From assembly GCA_040380025.1 (NCBI GenBank), contig JBEIJY010000024.1, forward strand, positions 1-39,223: a stretch of 39,223 nucleotides of DNA. Direction: 5' to 3'. Within the stretch, counting starts at the first letter, position 1; each line of letters begins with the position of its first letter. This DNA comes from Bdellovibrionales bacterium (lineage in GTDB: Bacteria; Bdellovibrionota; UBA1018; CAIMNF01). Positions 1-8,243 of the stretch are shown here, piece after piece. A program made the translations under genes and the position numbers. The notes beneath the pieces were generated by a model that was not told where the DNA came from, did no database searches, and saw only the letters and a program-made list of their open reading frames with translations.

Positions 1-362
1 GCCTTTATAGCGGTCAAGATCAACAAGTTCTGGAGATTTTTGTTGCTAGCGAAGTCAGAGTTGTGCAGAACTATTCTCTCTAAAAGCTCAATAAGCTCAT
101 TTGGCATATCTGCGTCCATAAAGGCCTTAACAGTGGTGGAAACCTCATCAGCATTCTTGGTCTCTGGGAGAGCAGTCTGTACTACCTGATCAATAACTTG
201 CTTGCGGTGAGGGTTGTCCTCTCTGAGGACGTAAGCCCAGAGATCAGCGCTTTGTCTCTCAACCAGGTAGCGAGCCTGCATTCTGTAAAGGTAGTTGCGG
301 TTGGTAACTTCGACAAGTTCCATGTCGCAGGAGCCCCAGGCTCTCTTGTAAGCGATGAAAGC
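1..362 (-). CDS. Internal fragment of eukaryotic clathrin heavy chain (partial, runs off the window edge); probably contaminant or chimeric sequence
   Basis: Manual translation of the minus strand gives [120 protein letters not shown]. This matches clathrin heavy chain signatures ([13 protein letters not shown].[25 protein letters not shown]). The segment is visibly lower in GC than the rest of the window. Confidence 0.93.
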
Positions 363-427
363 TCGGGTAGCAGTTCGTCAATGAACAGGGTTGAAGCCCT
401 CGCCCCGTTCAGGCACACTCCTTGACC

Positions 428-1222
428 ATGATGGTCTTTGTTCAACTGATCGCAGCCGCCTTGGTTCTGAATCTGCTCGTGATGACGCTTTGTTTTTGGT
501 ACGCCCGTTCGCGCGCGTTTTACAGCGTGGTCGATCCGGTCTGGTCGTTCTCGGTTCCTGCGACCGCGGTGCTGTACGCCCTGATCGGGCCCGCACCGAC
601 CGAGCGTGCTTTATTGCTCGCGATTCCGCCGCTTCTTTGGGGAGGTCGGCTCGGGCTTCATATTGCGACCCGACTGATTTCGCACTTTCCGAAGGAAGAT
701 GGCCGTTACCACATTTTGCGCGAGGAATACCTGCGCGAAGGCAGAACGATCGAGGGCGGGTTTTTCAGGTTTTTCCTGTTCCAGGGGTTGAGCGTGGTCA
801 TTCTTTCGGCGCCGTTCTTGAGTATGGCGCTCGATCCGTCTCCCGCGATCGGCGGCTTTGCCGCGCTCGGGGCCCTGGTCTGGGGGGTGGGGTTTTCGGG
901 TGAATCGCTCGCGGATTTTCAGATGCGGAGGTTTCGCGCGCAGAATCCGGGAAAAACCTGCACGGTGGGGCTTTGGCGATACTCGCGGCATCCGAATTAT
1001 TTTTTCGAGAGCGTGGTGTGGTGGGGGTATTTTTTGATGGCCTGCGATTCGCCCGGGGGATGGGCGTCGATTTATTGCCCGTTTGCGATTTTGTACCTCC
1101 TTCTTCGGGTCACCGGCGTGCCCTATGCCGAGGCGCAGTCCCTTCGGTCGAAGGGCGAGGAGTACCGGAGCTATCAGCGCCGGACCTCGGCGTTCGTTCC
1201 GTGGTTTCCGCGACGCGGGTGA
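428..1222 (+). CDS. DUF1295 family membrane protein (steroid 5-alpha-reductase-like)
   Basis: Multiple hydrophobic helices; EDGRY, E..AD.Q, GLWRYSRHPNYFFE and Y..YQ.RTSAFVPW motifs. Confidence 0.9.
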   Translation: MMVFVQLIAAALVLNLLVMTLCFWYARSRAFYSVVDPVWSFSVPATAVLYALIGPAPTERALLLAIPPLLWGGRLGLHIATRLISHFPKEDGRYHILREEYLREGRTIEGGFFRFFLFQGLSVVILSAPFLSMALDPSPAIGGFAALGALVWGVGFSGESLADFQMRRFRAQNPGKTCTVGLWRYSRHPNYFFESVVWWGYFLMACDSPGGWASIYCPFAILYLLLRVTGVPYAEAQSLRSKGEEYRSYQRRTSAFVPWFPRRG

Positions 1223-1276
1223 TTTTTTAAATAAATTGAGTTTATCGCGGTTCCGCCCTGTGGTAGCTCTCCCTCT

Positions 1277-1723
1277 ATGATGTGGTTCAGAACACTGATG
1301 TTGGCAGGTTTGATTCTGATCTCAGGGAGCGCCGCGAGGGTGGCCCATGCGCAGGGAGAGGTGACCGGTCCTCCGGCTCCGGTTCCCACCCCCAATCCGA
1401 CTCTTGCCGAGACTTCGCTCGTGTACGCCGATCCGCCCTTTCCGAATCTGATTTCGGACGGGATGTTCCGGATGCGCGTGAGCACGTCGGCGCCGGTGGT
1501 GTTTTTTGTCCGGATCAAGCTGTATGGGCTCGATGTGTGGGAATCGCCGAGACAAGGTCTCGCATCGGGATTCGAAGGAGTGATGATCTATCGCATCGAC
1601 CGAACCCTGAGCTCGGGCCAGTATCAGATCGTCCCGTACGTGGTCACGCCCAAAGGCGAGACCTTGCGCGCGAAGATCGCGAGCTCGGTTCCGTATGATT
1701 CGTATCCGGTCTTGATTCCGTGA
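1277..1723 (+). CDS. Hypothetical secreted protein
   Basis: Signal-peptide-like N-terminus (AHA-Q) and Pro-rich linker; fills the intergenic space. Confidence 0.65.
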   Translation: MMWFRTLMLAGLILISGSAARVAHAQGEVTGPPAPVPTPNPTLAETSLVYADPPFPNLISDGMFRMRVSTSAPVVFFVRIKLYGLDVWESPRQGLASGFEGVMIYRIDRTLSSGQYQIVPYVVTPKGETLRAKIASSVPYDSYPVLIP

Positions 1724-1729
1724 TCGCGC

Positions 1730-3055
1730 CTATTCCCAGATTTGGTCTTCGCCCTTGAGCCAGGCCTTGACGTTCTCGGTGGTGACCGATTTGGGCCGTT
1801 CGATCGGGAAGCCGAGGGCCCGGCTCCAGCACAGGGATGCGAGCACTCCGAGAGCGCGGCTCACGCCGAAGAGCACGGTGTAGTACTCGTAGTTTTCCAT
1901 CCCGTAGGCCGAAAGAAGCGCGCCCGAGTGGGCATCGACATTCGGCCAGGGGTTCTTGATTTTGCCGAGCGATTGCAGGATCGGCGGAACGGTTTCGAAG
2001 ATTCTCCAAACCGTGTTCACGAGCTTGTCGTTCGGGACATGCGCTTTCGCGAACACCTGTTGGGCGGTGAACCGCGGATCGGTCTTGCGAAGGACCGCGT
2101 GTCCGTATCCGGGAACGACCTTTCCGTCCGTGAGCGTCTTTTGCACGTAAGCCGCGATTTGCTCGTTGGTCGGAGAGTCCGTGCCGAGGCTCTTGTTCAT
2201 GTCGAGAATCCACTTGATCACCTCTTGATTGGCAAGGCCATGAAGAGGTCCCGCAAGGCCGTTCATTCCCGACGCATACGAGAGGTACGCATCCGAGAGC
2301 GCCGAGCCGACGAGATGGGTGGTGTGGGCCGAGACGTTTCCGCCTTCGTGATCGGCGTGAATGGTAAGGTACAGGCGCATCAGGTCCTTGAAGCTCTCCT
2401 GATCAAAGCTCAGAAGATGCGCGAAGTTCCCCGCCCAATCGAGGGTCGGGTCCGAAGAGACGGTTTTTCCGCCGCGATATTTGCGCCGATACACATGGGC
2501 CGCGATGACCGGGATCTTCGCGATCAGGTTCATCGAGTCCTCGTAGGTGTGGCTCCAGTAGTCTTTTTTGTTCACGCCCTCGGCGTATTTTTTCGCGAAG
2601 ATCGATTCGGTCTGCGCGGCCATCACGCCCACCACGAACTGGGTCATCGGATGCGTGTGGAGGGGAAGCGCGTCGATGGTTCGGAACACGTGCTCGGGGA
2701 TGTTCTTCGCCCGCTCGGCCCAGTCGCGGCCCAGTGCGGCCGCGTCCTCGTGCGACGGGATTTCTCCGGTCATCATCAGGTAAAAAAGTCCTTCGGGAAG
2801 GGGCTCTGTGCCCCCTTTCGCCTTCGGGAGTTTTTCGCGGAGCTCGGGAATGGAATATCCGCGAAAGCGAATTCCCTCTTGCGCATCCAGAAGCGAGGTC
2901 TCGTAGACCATGCCGGTGATTCCGCGCATCCCCTGATAGATTTGCGCCAGTTGGACTTCGCCGATTTTCTTGGTGCCGTGATCTTTCAAAAGGTCTTTGA
3001 TTTCGGAAGCAGCTTGGTCTGCCTTCGACTTGAAGAGGATTTTCAATTTTTCCAT
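1730..3055 (-). CDS. gltA: Citrate synthase, eukaryotic/mitochondrial type
   Basis: GMRGITGMVYETSLLD, GIRFRGYSIPE, HADHEGGNVSAH, GLAGPLHGLANQEV, GYGHAVLRKTDPRF and NPWPNVDAHSG motifs. Confidence 0.96.
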   Translation of the reverse strand: MEKLKILFKSKADQAASEIKDLLKDHGTKKIGEVQLAQIYQGMRGITGMVYETSLLDAQEGIRFRGYSIPELREKLPKAKGGTEPLPEGLFYLMMTGEIPSHEDAAALGRDWAERAKNIPEHVFRTIDALPLHTHPMTQFVVGVMAAQTESIFAKKYAEGVNKKDYWSHTYEDSMNLIAKIPVIAAHVYRRKYRGGKTVSSDPTLDWAGNFAHLLSFDQESFKDLMRLYLTIHADHEGGNVSAHTTHLVGSALSDAYLSYASGMNGLAGPLHGLANQEVIKWILDMNKSLGTDSPTNEQIAAYVQKTLTDGKVVPGYGHAVLRKTDPRFTAQQVFAKAHVPNDKLVNTVWRIFETVPPILQSLGKIKNPWPNVDAHSGALLSAYGMENYEYYTVLFGVSRALGVLASLCWSRALGFPIERPKSVTTENVKAWLKGEDQIWE

Positions 3056-3113
3056 AACATATCTAAGTTAAGCCAAGAGCGTGATTTCGACACCTGAAAA
3101 AATAGGATTTTTC

Positions 3114-3758
3114 TTATTTCATGATCCCGAACGGGTAGCGATACCCGTCGAAATCGGACTTCTTCCCGACCCCCGAGTCCTTCGGCTGGAACGGGAATCG
3201 GAACCGGATGGAATACTCGGTGATCGGAGACGGGCTTGCGCCCGAGGGGGAGTTCCCGACCTCGAGCGCCCCGGTGAACAAAATCTGGAATTCCGGAATG
3301 ACCCGCCAGAAAACCCCGCCTTCCGCAAAATAGGAAGAGCCTCCCGGTCGCCGATGGAGGCCGAGGATTCCCATGTCGTTGGTGTTGAAGAACGAGACCG
3401 GTGAGTACCCCGCTCCCACAAAAAACCGCCAGAATTCGAGGCGGGTGGCGAGATTCATGCTTCCGAAAGTCAGGGTGTTCCCCGAAACCGAGGTGGTGTT
3501 GCTCAGGCGGCCCTGGATTCCGAGGTCGACCCGCGCGATGCCCGAGGTTCGCGTGACCGGATAGTACCCGCTCAGGTTCCCGGCAAAGCCGAGCGTTCCG
3601 GAAGCAGGGGTTCCGAAATACCCGCCTGCGTTTTTCAGGTTTGCGGCACCGAGTCCAAACTCAAAATACGGCGACGCCCGGGCGGAGACGGTCCAAAAAC
3701 CGCTTCCCATCAAGAGCGGAATGAGAAGAGGAAATCGATTGGAGGCACGGGCCCACAT
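3114..3758 (-). CDS. Hypothetical exported protein, possible outer-membrane beta-barrel
   Basis: Signal peptide (ARA-S); alternating Gly/aromatic beta-strand pattern. Confidence 0.65.
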   Translation of the reverse strand: MWARASNRFPLLIPLLMGSGFWTVSARASPYFEFGLGAANLKNAGGYFGTPASGTLGFAGNLSGYYPVTRTSGIARVDLGIQGRLSNTTSVSGNTLTFGSMNLATRLEFWRFFVGAGYSPVSFFNTNDMGILGLHRRPGGSSYFAEGGVFWRVIPEFQILFTGALEVGNSPSGASPSPITEYSIRFRFPFQPKDSGVGKKSDFDGYRYPFGIMK

Positions 3759-3848
3759 GACTTTAGTTTACTCCTCCCGGGGGTGCCCCGCAGTCGGCAA
3801 AAACTGCCGAGTTCATTGGAGGCACAAAGGTTGCTTCCCCAAGAGGCA

Positions 3849-5786
3849 ATGAGATTCACCAATCGTAGAGACGCAGGTCAGATTTTGGCAAAACGGATCG
3901 AGAAGAGCGAATGGAAGGATGCCGTGGTTCTCGCGCTTCCTCGCGGGGGCGTGCCCGTGGCCTCGGCGGTCGCGAAGCGACTCGGGGTTCCGCTTCAGGT
4001 TCTTCTTGTCCGGAAGCTCGGCGCGCCCCTTCAGCCCGAATTTGCCTTGGGTGCGGTGGCCGAGGACGGATCGGTCTGGGTGAATGCTCCGGCGCTCCGG
4101 TACGAGGGGATGAAGCCCGCCGACCTCGAATCGATCAAGATCCGTGAGCTCTCCCGGATCAGCGAGCAAAAGAGCAAGTTCCGGGGCGGGCAGGATCTCG
4201 CTTCGATGAGGGGCCGGAAGGTCATTCTGGTCGATGACGGAATCGCAACGGGGGCCACGGTGTTTGCCGCAATCGAAGCCATGAAGCGCCAGGAGGCATC
4301 GAAGATCGCGGTGGCGGTTCCGGTTTGTGCGCCGTCGACCGCGCGGCTCATTCGCGCCGAAGGCGTCGAGCTTATCGATGTGATCGAGCCCGAACGACTC
4401 GCATCGGTGGGAATGTGGTACGAGGATTTTTCGCAGGTCGAAGACGAAGAGGTCTTGCAGGAGCTCGAGGGTGCATCTCCCCATGCCAAGCGAAACCCCT
4501 CCCGCCTGGCCCATCAAATCGCAGAGCGGTTGCTCCCTTTGCAGAGCGAAGAGGACTTCGCGCCGCTGTTGGCGCGTCTTCGAAGCAAGCGGGTCGTAAT
4601 GCTCGGCGAATCCACGCACGGCACTTCGGAGTTCTATCAGCTTCGCGCAAAGATCTCGTCGTATCTGGCGCAAAACGAGGGGTTTTCGTTTGTTGCGGTC
4701 GAAGGGGATTGGCCCGCGGCATTCCGGCTGAATCGCTATGTGAAGCAAGGAGCGGGGAAGTCCGCCCGCGAGGTGATGCGGGGATTCCGTCGCTGGCCCA
4801 CTTGGATGTGGGCGAACGAGGAAGTCGCCGGATTCATCGAGGAGCAACGAAAAGGAAGCAGATGCCCGTTCTACGGCCTCGACATTTATTCGTTCTTCGA
4901 GTCGATGGACTGCGTGATCGAATATGCCGAAAAAGTGAATCCGTTCTTGTCGCGGCTTTTGAAGCAGCGGTATTCGTGCTTTGAGCCCTTCGAGCGCGAT
5001 GAGTTCGCCTACGCGCGATCGCTCCAGCGGTTCCCGGAAGGATGCGCGACCGAGGTGCTCTCGAATCTGGAATCGATTTTAAAAGAGCGGATCATGGCGG
5101 GAGACGACCCCGAGGAACGTTTCAGTGCCGAGCAGAATGCGCGAATTGCGGTGAATGCCGAGAATTACTACCGGGCGATGCTTGCTTCGGATGAGAGCTC
5201 CTGGAATGTCCGCGACAGTCACATGCTCGATACGCTCGATCTGCTTTTATCGAGAAACCAATCCAAAAACCGACCTGCGAAAGGAATCGTCTGGGCCCAC
5301 AACACGCACATCGGCGATTACCGCGCCACCGACATGGCCCGCGCGGGCTATGTGAATCTGGGCGGACTCGCCCGGCAGTCGATGGGGGCGGCGAACGTGG
5401 CGCTCGTGGGATTCGGCACCCACTCGGGACGCGTGGTGGCCTCGCATGCGTGGGGCGGGAGGGAGCAGATTCTTCCGCTCCCGGAGGCGGATTCGGGGAC
5501 CTGGGATTCGTATTTTCATGAGGCGCTGAAGCTTCGTGGATGGCGGCAGGGATATGTGCTGTTCGAGGAGGCGGACCGCGAGGGCGTTTTTGCCGAGGTT
5601 CTCGGACAGCGCGCCATCGGCGTGGTGTATCACCCGGGGCATCCGGCGCGGGGGAATCTGGTGCCGACGTCGCTTTCGCGTCGGTATGATGCATTCGTGT
5701 TTGTCGATCACACGAGTGCGCTCCATTCGCTTCACGGCCCCCATGACGCCGGGAAATTCCCCGAAACCTGGCCCCGCGGGGTGTGA
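3849..5786 (+). CDS. Phosphoribosyltransferase-like domain fused to erythromycin esterase family domain
   Basis: N-terminal F.NR.DAG..LA, LALPRGGVPVA and VILVDDGIATGAT; C-terminal LGESTHGTSEFY, AVEGDWP, RWPTWMWAN, WN.RD.HM and VWAHNTHIGD. Start placed at ATG 3849. Confidence 0.9.
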   Translation: MRFTNRRDAGQILAKRIEKSEWKDAVVLALPRGGVPVASAVAKRLGVPLQVLLVRKLGAPLQPEFALGAVAEDGSVWVNAPALRYEGMKPADLESIKIRELSRISEQKSKFRGGQDLASMRGRKVILVDDGIATGATVFAAIEAMKRQEASKIAVAVPVCAPSTARLIRAEGVELIDVIEPERLASVGMWYEDFSQVEDEEVLQELEGASPHAKRNPSRLAHQIAERLLPLQSEEDFAPLLARLRSKRVVMLGESTHGTSEFYQLRAKISSYLAQNEGFSFVAVEGDWPAAFRLNRYVKQGAGKSAREVMRGFRRWPTWMWANEEVAGFIEEQRKGSRCPFYGLDIYSFFESMDCVIEYAEKVNPFLSRLLKQRYSCFEPFERDEFAYARSLQRFPEGCATEVLSNLESILKERIMAGDDPEERFSAEQNARIAVNAENYYRAMLASDESSWNVRDSHMLDTLDLLLSRNQSKNRPAKGIVWAHNTHIGDYRATDMARAGYVNLGGLARQSMGAANVALVGFGTHSGRVVASHAWGGREQILPLPEADSGTWDSYFHEALKLRGWRQGYVLFEEADREGVFAEVLGQRAIGVVYHPGHPARGNLVPTSLSRRYDAFVFVDHTSALHSLHGPHDAGKFPETWPRGV

Positions 5787-5875
5787 TGGCCTCGCCTGCC
5801 CGCGGGTTCGGGCCGAAATGTCCTTGGCGCAGAGGAGCCAATTTCACGAGGATGGTTTAAACCCGTCGAACAGGT

Positions 5876-5892
5876 CTGGCACAGACCCTGCT
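5876..5892 (+). promoter_or_regulatory. Putative sigma54 (-24/-12) promoter
   Basis: CTGGCACAGACCCTGCT has exact GG-N10-GC spacing and is close to the YTGGCAC-N5-TTGCW consensus. It also forms a small palindrome (GGTCTG/CAGACC), so a terminator role is an alternative. Confidence 0.6.
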
Positions 5893-5932
5893 TTATAAGA
5901 AATCAGCCGCCAACGAAAGGAGGCGGTAAACA

Positions 5933-6628
5933 GAGCGACACTAGGTTGATGTTTCAGCGGGTGAGAGTCCCGCCGCAGAGGTTGTCCAGTGACTGCGAAG
6001 CACCAAGCGCCACGGAGCGGGGGAAACCCTTCTGAGTGGTTCTGGAAAAGGCCCCCGGAAACCGGAGGTCAGCGCAGGATCAGGTTGCAGCGAAAGCGAA
6101 TCCCGATGACGTCGGATGTGCGCCGAGTGAGGGTAAAACTTCATGAAGGCAATATGACGGGCGAAGTACTGGATGCAGGCAGTACGTCGGCACATGCCGG
6201 TAGAGGGAGTGACATGATCTCAAGAAACAGAGACGAAAGTGCGGAACTTCTCCGGTTCCTGAAAGAGGCTTCTCTCTTTCAAAATCCGCCGGTGCGCCCG
6301 GTGGAGGTTCCCGAGAAGGTCAGTGAGGTCGATAAGCGTTGAAGACCGGATGAGCACAAACCGGTCGGAGCGAGGACCTCTGGAGGAAGCTGTGCGCTTG
6401 AGTCGAGTCGGGAATTTCTCTTCATCGAGAGTGCCCGGACGGGAAATGCCAACCGAGGGTTCGGACTGTGGATGCGAGAAGCACGCTTGAGCAGTCCGGA
6501 GCACCGGGAATGCCTCCCGCCCGAATGACTCCCTCCGTGAGCCGTAGCGGGGAAAACCCAACATGCGGTAAAACCAATGGTGGGCCGTGGATCTGCAGGG
6601 AATGCCCTGTGACGCCACGGCCCTCCAT
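5933..6628 (+). ncRNA. ORF-less group II intron-like RNA (domains I-VI recognisable; non-canonical ends)
   Basis: 5' GAGCGACAC (cf. GUGCGAC). DI elements GCGGGTGAGAGTCCCGC, GGGGAAACCC and GCCGA..TGAAGGCAAT..TCGGC. DII CTTCTC..GAGAAG. DIII GAGGTC..AGCGTTGAAGACCGG..CCGGTCGGAGCGAGGACCTC (6325-6380). Short DIV with no RT. DV-like GAGCCGTAGCGGGGAAAACCCAACATGCGGT (6539-6569). DVI-like hairpin ending in AT (6577-6628). Confidence 0.8.
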
Positions 6629-6634
6629 TTTTTT
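6577..6634 (+). terminator. Long hairpin plus U-tract (domain VI-like helix doubling as an intrinsic terminator)
   Basis: ATGGTGGGCCGTGG (6577-6590) pairs with CCACGGCCCTCCAT (6615-6628) with one T-T mismatch and is followed by a T run. Confidence 0.6.
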
Positions 6635-6661
6635 GAAAAACCCGAAGATTCAGTGTAACTT
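6633..6661 (+). promoter_or_regulatory. Possible sigma70 promoter giving a near-leaderless pccB mRNA
   Basis: TTGAAA-N17-TAACTT ending 9 nt before the ATG at 6671; no SD sequence visible. Confidence 0.35.
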
Positions 6662-6670
6662 CGTGGCACC

Positions 6671-8227
6671 ATGTCAAAACGAAGTGATGAAGTCCTGAAA
6701 GAGCGGGAACGCCTTGCCGAGCTCGGTGGCGGCGAAGCCCGGATCCGAAAGCAACATGAATCAGGGAAGTTGACGGCGCGGGAGCGCATCGAGCTTTTGC
6801 TCGACCCCGGAAGTTTCGTGGAGCTCGACAAATTCGTCACCCACCGGTGCACGGATTTTGGCATGGAATCCCAAAAATTTTATGGCGACGGCGTCGTGAC
6901 CGGCTACGGCACCGTGAACGGCCGGAAGATCTGCGTGTTCTCGCAGGACTTCACGGTGTTCGGGGGATCCCTCTCGGGCGCCCATGCGAGCAAGATCTGC
7001 AAGGTCATGGACCTCGCGCTGAAGACCGGCGTTCCCGTGATCGGGCTCAATGATTCGGGCGGTGCGCGCATTCAAGAGGGCGTGGAATCGCTCGGCGGTT
7101 ATGCCGAGATCTTCTGGCGGAATGTTCAGGCCAGCGGCGTGATTCCCCAAATCAGCCTCATTCTGGGCCCTTGTGCGGGCGGAGCCGTGTACTCGCCCGC
7201 GATGACGGATTTCATCGCGATGGTCGAGGGCTCATCCTATATGTTCGTGACCGGTCCGGATGTCATCAAGACCGTGACCCACGAAGAAGTGAGCAAAGAA
7301 GACCTGGGCGGAGCCGAGACCCATGCGGCGACGAGCGGCGTGTGCCAGCTTGTGTATCCGGATGAGCGCGCCATGTTCGAAGGCGTGCGGAGGATGCTGG
7401 ATTTTCTTCCGTCGAACAACCTGGATCGCGCGCCGGTCAAAACCCCAAATGATTCTCCCGAGCGGCTTTGCACTCGAATCGCCGAGATTTTGCCCGATGT
7501 CTCGAGCAAACCCTACGACATTCGTCTCGTGATCGAAGACGTGGTCGATGACGGTGAGTTTTTGGAGACCCACAAAGCCTACGCGCCCAACATTGTGACC
7601 GGATTTTCGCGCCTGAACGGAGCCACCGTGGGTGTGGTCGGGAACCAGCCCGCGCATCTGGCCGGGTGTCTCGACATCGCCGCATCCGCAAAGGCCGCGC
7701 GGTTTGTGCGCTTTTGCGACGCCTTCAATATTCCGCTCGTCACCTTTGTCGATGTTCCCGGATTTTTGCCCGGAACCGCCCAGGAATACGGCGGGATCAT
7801 CCGCCACGGAGCGAAGCTTTTGTACGCATACTCCGAGGCCACGGTGCCGAAGCTCACGGTCATCACCCGCAAGGCCTACGGCGGCGCATACGACGTGATG
7901 TCGTCGAAGCACATTCGCGCCGATCTGAACCTGGCCTACCCCGATGCCGAAATCGCGGTGATGGGGCCGGATGGCGCGATCAATATTTTGTACCGCAAAG
8001 AGATCGCCGAGGCCGCCGAGAAGGGGAATCTCGACGAGGCCCGTGCAAGTCTCGTGGCCCGCTACAAAGAGACCTTCGCGAATCCCTACAAGGCGGCGGA
8101 ACTCGGGTACATCGACGAAGTGATCGATCCGAAGTTCACCCGTCAGCGCTTGATCCAGGCCCTGGGGATCCTGGCCGGAAAACGCGAGCCGGGGCCGAAG
8201 CGCAAACACGGCAACATTCCACTCTGA
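6671..8227 (+). CDS. pccB: Acyl-CoA (propionyl-CoA) carboxylase carboxyltransferase beta subunit
   Basis: [58 protein letters not shown] and KHGNIPL motifs. Confidence 0.95.
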   Translation: MSKRSDEVLKERERLAELGGGEARIRKQHESGKLTARERIELLLDPGSFVELDKFVTHRCTDFGMESQKFYGDGVVTGYGTVNGRKICVFSQDFTVFGGSLSGAHASKICKVMDLALKTGVPVIGLNDSGGARIQEGVESLGGYAEIFWRNVQASGVIPQISLILGPCAGGAVYSPAMTDFIAMVEGSSYMFVTGPDVIKTVTHEEVSKEDLGGAETHAATSGVCQLVYPDERAMFEGVRRMLDFLPSNNLDRAPVKTPNDSPERLCTRIAEILPDVSSKPYDIRLVIEDVVDDGEFLETHKAYAPNIVTGFSRLNGATVGVVGNQPAHLAGCLDIAASAKAARFVRFCDAFNIPLVTFVDVPGFLPGTAQEYGGIIRHGAKLLYAYSEATVPKLTVITRKAYGGAYDVMSSKHIRADLNLAYPDAEIAVMGPDGAINILYRKEIAEAAEKGNLDEARASLVARYKETFANPYKAAELGYIDEVIDPKFTRQRLIQALGILAGKREPGPKRKHGNIPL

Positions 8228-8243
8228 GAATTCGAGGTCGCTC

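Noticed and set aside
355..377. ATGAAAGCTCGGGTAGCAGTTCG resembles the repeat's right end at the clathrin junction; an AGCT site is also present
   Set aside because: The match is short and gapped and a 4-mer is expected by chance, so it cannot be supported without more copies or reads.
5941..6698. Short ORFs (5989-6342, 6468-6698 and antisense ones) in the intergenic gap
   Set aside because: They have no RT or other recognisable motifs, and the region is better explained as structured RNA.
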